The position numbers and the translations under genes were made by a program. The notes under the pieces are model-generated. The model was not told where the DNA came from. It searched no databases and saw only the letters and a program-made list of their open reading frames with translations. From the NCBI GenBank assembly GCA_014686905.1, contig GCA_014686905.1_4093.1: a DNA stretch of 64,000 bases. The stretch is one strand, 5' to 3'. This DNA is from a phage. Shown piece by piece: positions 59,284-64,000 of this stretch; position 1 is the first letter of the stretch, and each line of letters begins with the position of its first letter.

Positions 59284-59343
59284 TTGCACCGTACTGATAA
59301 AAGCGTATAATGTTTTACATCGAGAGCGGGAACACTTCCCGCT
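59284..59343 (+). promoter_or_regulatory. PeSL-like cassette: promoter + 5' stem-loop
   Basis: TTGCAC-N16-TATAAT, GTTTTACAT, stem AGCGGGAA-CAC-TTCCCGCT. Confidence 0.6.
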
Positions 59344-59366
59344 ACACTTTAAGAGAGATTAATACG

Positions 59367-59729
59367 ATGGCAACTCAAATCACCAAAATTATTGCTAACC
59401 TGGTTAACTTCCGCGACGAGATGAAAGATCTTCCGGCGGCGACGGTTAAAACTCACATTGACGCATACCGCGAACTGATTAAAATGCTGCCGCTTAAGCG
59501 TGAACAATACGCCGCTACCGTGATGCTTGATGCGATGATCCATAAGATGATCGCCAGTGATTTGACGATGGTTTATCAGTATATGGGCGAAAATTTCGCG
59601 GTGTGTAGTAAGCCAGTACCAGGGATGGCAACAACTGAGGAATTGCACGGCTTAAACTTAAAACAAGATGCATGGGATAATATGCCTCGTTTCCTGGTAT
59701 GGGCTGACAGTGGCAAAATTTACAAATAA
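59367..59729 (+). CDS. hypothetical protein (~120 aa)
   Basis: Start MATQITKI after SD AGAGAGA; GC-richer codon usage. Confidence 0.6.
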   Translation: MATQITKIIANLVNFRDEMKDLPAATVKTHIDAYRELIKMLPLKREQYAATVMLDAMIHKMIASDLTMVYQYMGENFAVCSKPVPGMATTEELHGLNLKQDAWDNMPRFLVWADSGKIYK

Positions 59730-59743
59730 GTTTAATAAAGTAC

Positions 59744-59802
59744 TTGCAAACTATGTTTAATGGCGTATAATGTTTTACATCAGGTGGGGAATAGTTCCCC
59801 AC
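59744..59802 (+). promoter_or_regulatory. PeSL-like cassette
   Basis: TTGCAA-N16-TATAAT, GTTTTACAT, stem GTGGGGAA-TAG-TTCCCCAC (covaries with other copies). Confidence 0.6.
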
Positions 59803-59824
59803 TATATAAGAGGATTAAAAAAAA

Positions 59825-60064
59825 ATGGCTAAATCAAAAATGTTCTTAGGTCACAAAAACAAAACTCATTGGAATGTAAGCCTGTGGATTAATAACGATG
59901 AGGGATTGTATCGGTTGGCCCTGGACTTTATTGCCGCCAATACTAATCGCAATGATGCGGCCCGTCATATGATGTTATTTTTAGAACAGACTGGACAAGA
60001 TAAAACACCGGACGGATTCAAATATAGCACTACTGCGATCCGTGCGGCGATGGTTGGAATGTAA
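59825..60064 (+). CDS. hypothetical protein (79 aa)
   Basis: ORF, SD AGAGGA. Confidence 0.55.
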   Translation: MAKSKMFLGHKNKTHWNVSLWINNDEGLYRLALDFIAANTNRNDAARHMMLFLEQTGQDKTPDGFKYSTTAIRAAMVGM

Positions 60065-60150
60065 TAGAATTTATTTAAAGTACTATCATTTTTTTGCGAT
60101 AGTACTTTATAATAGTGTTTTATTCATACACCAACGATAAGGGCAACAGC

Positions 60151-60417
60151 ATGAATATTAAGTATTTTGCGACGCGTGAACAAGCTCGGATCGCCGCACG
60201 CCAGGACGGGGCAACGTTTAAAGATATGGGAGCGGGATCGGCAAGTGGTGAACGTTGGGCCATTGTAAAGCGTAGTACGGCCAGATCATTACAGTACTGG
60301 TTAGCGGCCTTAAAAAGTCCCGATAGTGTATCGCGTCGAGTGGTAGAAATAAAGCTCGACCGAAAGGGCAACCGCGTGACCGTGTACCGTACTAAAAAGA
60401 TTGCAGTACTTGAATAA
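60151..60417 (+). CDS. hypothetical protein (~88 aa)
   Basis: Start MNIKYFATRE within track ORF 60115..60417. Confidence 0.55.
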   Translation: MNIKYFATREQARIAARQDGATFKDMGAGSASGERWAIVKRSTARSLQYWLAALKSPDSVSRRVVEIKLDRKGNRVTVYRTKKIAVLE

Positions 60418-60424
60418 AAAGTAC

Positions 60425-60483
60425 TTGCAAACTATGTTTAAAGGCGTATAATGTTTTACATCGAGAGCGGGAACTCTTCCCGC
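60425..60483 (+). promoter_or_regulatory. PeSL-like cassette
   Basis: TTGCAA-N16-TATAAT, GTTTTACAT, stem GCGGGAA-CTC-TTCCCGC. Confidence 0.6.
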
Positions 60484-60504
60484 CTATAACCTGGAGTAAT
60501 AAAA

Positions 60505-60735
60505 ATGACTAATATGTATATGACTGAAGTTAAAACCGTAAAAGATACTACCACGAATAAAACTACTTACTTACAGCGGATCTGTGGTGTATGGCAACGT
60601 ATCAGCAAATCAAAGTACTTTAAATTAACATCATATGCAAACCGTTCTGATTCATTCAGTACTGAAATAAAAGGTAATAAAGTACACCAATACGGCACTT
60701 ATTATTATTACAGCCTGGACGCGATTGCAGTATAA
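60505..60735 (+). CDS. hypothetical protein (76 aa)
   Basis: ORF, SD GGAG. Confidence 0.55.
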   Translation: MTNMYMTEVKTVKDTTTNKTTYLQRICGVWQRISKSKYFKLTSYANRSDSFSTEIKGNKVHQYGTYYYYSLDAIAV

Positions 60736-60984
60736 GCAGTTTACAAATCTTTACAATTGCCGGTATTGACTTATTTTGTCAGTACTGGCATAATGTATTC
60801 ATTGGCAGATAAGCCGTAGCCCATAGGGTGCGGGAGTGTATCTATAGAAAAATTAGTTTAGTATAGTTACAATTGTGCACCCGGTGGGTTAGCTGTTGTC
60901 ATGGGGTATATTATGCCAGTACTTGATAATGCTGTCAATACTTTTTTTTACTATCCAGTACAGAAAACTATTTTTAAAAAGTAC

Positions 60985-61053
60985 TTGCAAACTATGTTTA
61001 AAGGCGTATAATGTTTTACATCAGGACGGGGAACGAAATAAGTAACTTCCCGT
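60985..61053 (+). promoter_or_regulatory. PeSL-like cassette (longer loop)
   Basis: TTGCAA-N16-TATAAT, GTTTTACAT, stem ACGGGGA...TCCCGT; no ORF immediately downstream. Confidence 0.5.
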
Positions 61054-61103
61054 TAAGTAGCCCAGGAGTAAGGCACACGAAAAACTCCCCTGATAAAATA
61101 GTT

Positions 61104-61130
61104 TGACAAATGTTTTTAAAAGCGTATAAT
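61104..61130 (+). promoter_or_regulatory. sigma70-like promoter TTGACA-N15-TATAAT
   Basis: Directly upstream of gene 61163; tandem with cassette at 60985. Confidence 0.5.
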
Positions 61131-61162
61131 ACTTACATCAACTACTGAATGAGGGTTATAAA

Positions 61163-61774
61163 ATGAAAACTATCACTACTACTACTTTCGTTATGGATTT
61201 TTCTGAATTGAACGCAGAACAAAAAACGTCAGCTATCGAACTGGTTCGGGAACGTGAAAAAAACTCAAACGACAATTATTTTTCTGAAAGTGAAATTGAA
61301 TACTATAAAGAAACAGTACTACCGGAATATGGCATTAATGACGCTGAAATACAATTCAGTGGTTTTTGGTCCCAGGGTGACGGTGCATCAATCAGTACTG
61401 ACCACGTTGACGCAGTGAAGTTTTTACGCAAGGTTAGAGCGTTAACTAAGTATCGCTCAATCCGTCACCTGCTGAATGAAGATGATTTGGCGATGAGTGT
61501 AAAGCGTTCTCACTCCCACTACTCGCATGAGAATACTGTAAGCGGGTACATTGAATCGGCTTACACTGATTTAACCGCAAAACAAGAAACGTTAGTTAAT
61601 GAGCTTGAGGAACTACTCACTGATACTATTCGTGAATTGTCCCGTAAGTTGTACCGTGATTTAGAGAATGCATATGAGGATCAATTCACTACTGAAAACA
61701 TTACGGCACTGATTGAGGGTAACGAATATCAATTCAATGTTATTGATGGCGTAGTAGAATCAATCGAATATTAA
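61163..61774 (+). CDS. hypothetical protein (203 aa)
   Basis: ORF, SD GAGGG. Confidence 0.6.
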   Translation: MKTITTTTFVMDFSELNAEQKTSAIELVREREKNSNDNYFSESEIEYYKETVLPEYGINDAEIQFSGFWSQGDGASISTDHVDAVKFLRKVRALTKYRSIRHLLNEDDLAMSVKRSHSHYSHENTVSGYIESAYTDLTAKQETLVNELEELLTDTIRELSRKLYRDLENAYEDQFTTENITALIEGNEYQFNVIDGVVESIEY

Positions 61775-61784
61775 TTCAAAAAGT

Positions 61785-61844
61785 ACTGGACACTAAGCAA
61801 TAAAGGCGTATAATACTTTATATCGAGAGCGGGAATAGTTCCCG
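61785..61844 (+). promoter_or_regulatory. PeSL-like cassette
   Basis: TGGACA-N16-TATAAT, stem AGCGGGAA-TAG-TTCCCGCT. Confidence 0.55.
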
Positions 61845-61866
61845 CTACTAATGAGGAATACTACAA

Positions 61867-62031
61867 ATGAATACTTTTACCTTCGCTCAATTGAACGCCC
61901 TGGATGTATTGTCTGATGCTTTGCGGGATGCAACTGAAAGCGGTTTATTTGACAATGTTGACATTCACCCTGATGTAATTAATAATTTTTGTGATGCTAT
62001 CGCAGAAGTACTGGAAGATCTAAAAAAATAA
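61867..62031 (+). CDS. hypothetical small acidic protein (~54 aa)
   Basis: MNTFTFAQLNALDVL..., SD GAGGAA; coordinates +/-1. Confidence 0.45.
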   Translation: MNTFTFAQLNALDVLSDALRDATESGLFDNVDIHPDVINNFCDAIAEVLEDLKK

Positions 62032-62041
62032 TAGAAAGTAC

Positions 62042-62100
62042 TTGCAATTAGTTTTTAGTACTGTATAATAGTTTACATAGAGGGGAGAAATGGTTCTCCC
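62042..62100 (+). promoter_or_regulatory. PeSL-like cassette
   Basis: TTGCAA-N16-TATAAT (CAGTACTG spacer), stem GGGAGAA-ATGG-TTCTCCC. Confidence 0.55.
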
Positions 62101-62119
62101 TGGTAATGAGGAAAATAAA

Positions 62120-62341
62120 ATGGCTAATATCACTACTCTTTCTCAACTGGAAGCACTGGTTAAATCTATGCGGGAACATGCAGACAATATCGGCGTAAAA
62201 GATCCAGCCGTTTGCTTCTGCGACGAAATGAATGATGATACACTGGTAATAGCAGAAGTACAAGATATTTCTAACTATTCATCGCGTTACACTGGCGGCG
62301 TAGCAAATAAAGGTGACTTCTGTTTATACCTTACCAAATAA
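62120..62341 (+). CDS. hypothetical protein (~73 aa)
   Basis: Start MANITTLSQ after SD GAGGAA; the track ORF's ATG at 62090 lies in the stem-loop. Confidence 0.55.
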   Translation: MANITTLSQLEALVKSMREHADNIGVKDPAVCFCDEMNDDTLVIAEVQDISNYSSRYTGGVANKGDFCLYLTK

Positions 62342-62509
62342 CAACGCGGGGAGATAATAACTCCCCGTTACTTTTTCAGTACTGAATCATTTAATAGACG
62401 GATCTCGGCACCCTGTGGGTTAGTGACTGTATCGTCTTTATGTAGTAATTATGCCAGTACTGGATGCAGTTGTCAACAATTATTTTTCAAATACTTTTTA
62501 TTAAAATAC

Positions 62510-62564
62510 TTGCTATTAGTTTTTAAACGCGTATAATGTTTTGCATAGGGGGAGCGGTTCCCCC
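62510..62564 (+). promoter_or_regulatory. PeSL-like cassette
   Basis: TTGCTA-N16-TATAAT, GTTTTGCAT, stem GGGGGA-GCGGT-TCCCCC. Confidence 0.55.
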
Positions 62565-62585
62565 TGGTAACTAAGGAATAAGAAA

Positions 62586-62819
62586 ATGCTTGAACAAATC
62601 AAATCAACGTCTGCTAATGTAACGGGAACGGTATCACACTTTATTGGTGATGAATCGCGGGGCGTTCCCTATTGTGCTGTACATGTAAACACTGAGGGTA
62701 ACTACTGGTTTACGGTTTACGGATCATATTCATTTGGACGGCCAGGGCATCAAAAAATTCTGGATAAAGTACAACCAACGGGTAAAAATATCACTGCCGA
62801 AATGTTTTATAAAAACTAA
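62586..62819 (+). CDS. hypothetical protein (77 aa)
   Basis: ORF, SD AAGGAA. Confidence 0.55.
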   Translation: MLEQIKSTSANVTGTVSHFIGDESRGVPYCAVHVNTEGNYWFTVYGSYSFGRPGHQKILDKVQPTGKNITAEMFYKN

Positions 62820-62828
62820 TAAAATACT

Positions 62829-62886
62829 TGATAATAGTTTTTAGTACTGTATAATATTTTACATAGCACGGGGGAGCGGTTCCCCC
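62829..62886 (+). promoter_or_regulatory. PeSL-like cassette (stem-loop identical to 62510 copy)
   Basis: TTGATA-N15-TATAAT, stem GGGGGA-GCGGT-TCCCCC + CTGGTAACTAAGGA. Confidence 0.55.
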
Positions 62887-62906
62887 TGGTAACTAAGGAT
62901 AATCAA

Positions 62907-63206
62907 ATGAAAATTGCAATCATCGCCCTGGCTTTATCTGTTTCCTCTTTCTCTGTTAATGCGTCGTTAGATGTACCTAGTGAAAAATTCATTCAGTGCA
63001 CCGTAGCGATGACCGATGAAAGTACTGGCGAGATTGTTTTAAAGGATTTAGAGATCCAGCCAGAAGCATTTAAAAACGGCCCGTTCCATGAAGAAGACGA
63101 AAACGGTAGCACAACAATTTATTATGATGCAAGTACTAAACGCGGTTCGGTCACTGTAATGGATACAGAGAAAGTAACACACACAGGAGTAATTAACTGT
63201 TTATAA
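62907..63206 (+). CDS. secreted hypothetical protein (99 aa)
   Basis: Signal peptide ...SVNA/SLD. Confidence 0.6.
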   Translation: MKIAIIALALSVSSFSVNASLDVPSEKFIQCTVAMTDESTGEIVLKDLEIQPEAFKNGPFHEEDENGSTTIYYDASTKRGSVTVMDTEKVTHTGVINCL

Positions 63207-63212
63207 ATCACT

Positions 63213-63238
63213 AGCCCACTCATACAGTGGGCTTTTTT
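63213..63238 (+). terminator. rho-independent terminator
   Basis: AGCCCACT-CATA-CAGTGGGCT + T6. Confidence 0.65.
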
Positions 63239-63283
63239 ATTTTTGTAGTACTGCATACTTTGAAAATAGTTTTAAGAAAGTAG

Positions 63284-63311
63284 TTGACATTACCGCAGAA
63301 AAGCGTAGAAT
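63284..63311 (+). promoter_or_regulatory. sigma70-like promoter TTGACA-N16-TAGAAT
   Basis: Followed by GTATTACAT and long leader. Confidence 0.45.
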
Positions 63312-63434
63312 GTATTACATCAAGACGGGGAGCACTAAGTAGACCGCCAGTAAGTCGAACGAAAAACTGGACACGTCGAGAAAACTTTGATACACTATCT
63401 AACGTAAACTAAACTTTAATTGAGGAATTATATA

Positions 63435-63917
63435 ATGGCTAATGTAAAATCATTCATCAAAGCACTGGTAGCAAATGAAACTAACGTAGCGGCAGAGATC
63501 CTGGCAGAACTGGATAACGATACCATGAAAGCAGTACGCAACAATTTTAACATTGCGTACAGTGAAGCTAAAGAACTGCAAGCCAAAAAGGTAGCAGAAC
63601 TGGAAGAACAGAAAAAAGCCCGTGAAGCAGAACTACAAGCAACAATTGAAAGTATCCAGTCGGCGGTGTCTGGATTGGATCTGGAAGTGGTTGTTGAAAT
63701 GGCACATAAAGCCCTGGCGGTTAAGTACGGTGAAGATAAGCCGGAATCTAAGCCTAAAAAATGGATTCAGGAACGCGTAGCGGTAGTACTTGATAACGGT
63801 GAAGAACATTTGATTCCTGTACGCGGTAACTGCATTGCGGTAGTACTGGACGCTATCAAAGAAAGCGGTATGACTCGCGAGGAATGGATCGAAGCTCATC
63901 GCAAAGTTGAAGCATAA
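63435..63917 (+). CDS. hypothetical protein (~160 aa)
   Basis: Start MANVKSFIK after SD GAGGAA; helical Ala/Glu/Lys-rich. Confidence 0.6.
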   Translation: MANVKSFIKALVANETNVAAEILAELDNDTMKAVRNNFNIAYSEAKELQAKKVAELEEQKKAREAELQATIESIQSAVSGLDLEVVVEMAHKALAVKYGEDKPESKPKKWIQERVAVVLDNGEEHLIPVRGNCIAVVLDAIKESGMTREEWIEAHRKVEA

Positions 63918-63937
63918 CAATTAAAGTACTGAATCAA

Positions 63938-63966
63938 TAGCCCACCTTAAACAGTGGGCTTTTTTG
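63938..63966 (+). terminator. rho-independent terminator
   Basis: AGCCCAC-loop-GTGGGCT + T6. Confidence 0.6.
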
Positions 63967-64000
63967 TGTCTATAGTATTCCAGTCCACTAGCACCGCCTA

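Larger units (their letters stand above)
57381..59300. other. ORF-poor, repeat- and hairpin-rich intergenic region (candidate origin/regulatory hub or ncRNA locus)
   Basis: No convincing ORF; many CAGTACTG palindromes, hairpins (TTTACCC-TTCG-GGGTAAA at ~57778; CCACCAGC-TTGT-GCTGGTGG at ~58222), direct repeats. Confidence 0.4.

Noticed and set aside
59349-60371. - strand ORFs 59349..59648, 59515..59802 and 60120..60371
   Set aside because: Antisense to + strand genes that each have a promoter, stem-loop and SD; likely chance open frames in GC-richer sequence.
62090-62119. Track start codon of ORF 62090..62341 (MVLPGNEENK...)
   Set aside because: That ATG lies in the loop of the PeSL stem-loop; the ATG at 62120 has a proper SD and matches the pattern of neighbouring cassettes.

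Overview
The window reads as an AT-rich accessory (hyperplastic) segment of a large virulent tailed-phage genome; no rRNA, CRISPR array, integrase or transposase was seen. Genes are short and densely packed, mostly on the + strand from 1 to 38.9 kb, then 12 genes on the - strand (38.9-53.1 kb), then + again. Recognisable content: one tRNA-Thr(UGU), a full-length sigma-70-family factor, a T4 endonuclease V (denV)-like pyrimidine-dimer glycosylase, two small eukaryotic-like protein-kinase-like genes, a P-loop ATPase and a Zn-finger/endonuclease-like protein. Most of the window is tandem paralog arrays: (1) 12 consecutive RCC1-like beta-propeller genes that all share an identical ~12-aa N-terminal peptide (MLPFGRMxKYGN), each with its own hairpin-promoter module, two of them frameshifted and one carrying a Gly-rich body instead; (2) a head-to-tail array of 18 paralogous ~60-aa ORFs with overlapping stop/start codons; (3) an 11-member family of small membrane proteins. 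Two families of repeated regulatory cassettes punctuate the genes: a terminator hairpin (UUCG loop) whose 5' arm doubles as the -35 box, and PeSL-like promoter-plus-5'-stem-loop cassettes in a GC-richer block at 59-64 kb. A ~1.9 kb ORF-poor, repeat-rich region (57.4-59.3 kb) and a widespread palindromic CAGTACTG motif are also notable. The RCC1 array and the small-ORF array are the best candidates for an undescribed system. All coordinates were read by eye and may be off by a few bases; no database search or computation was possible.
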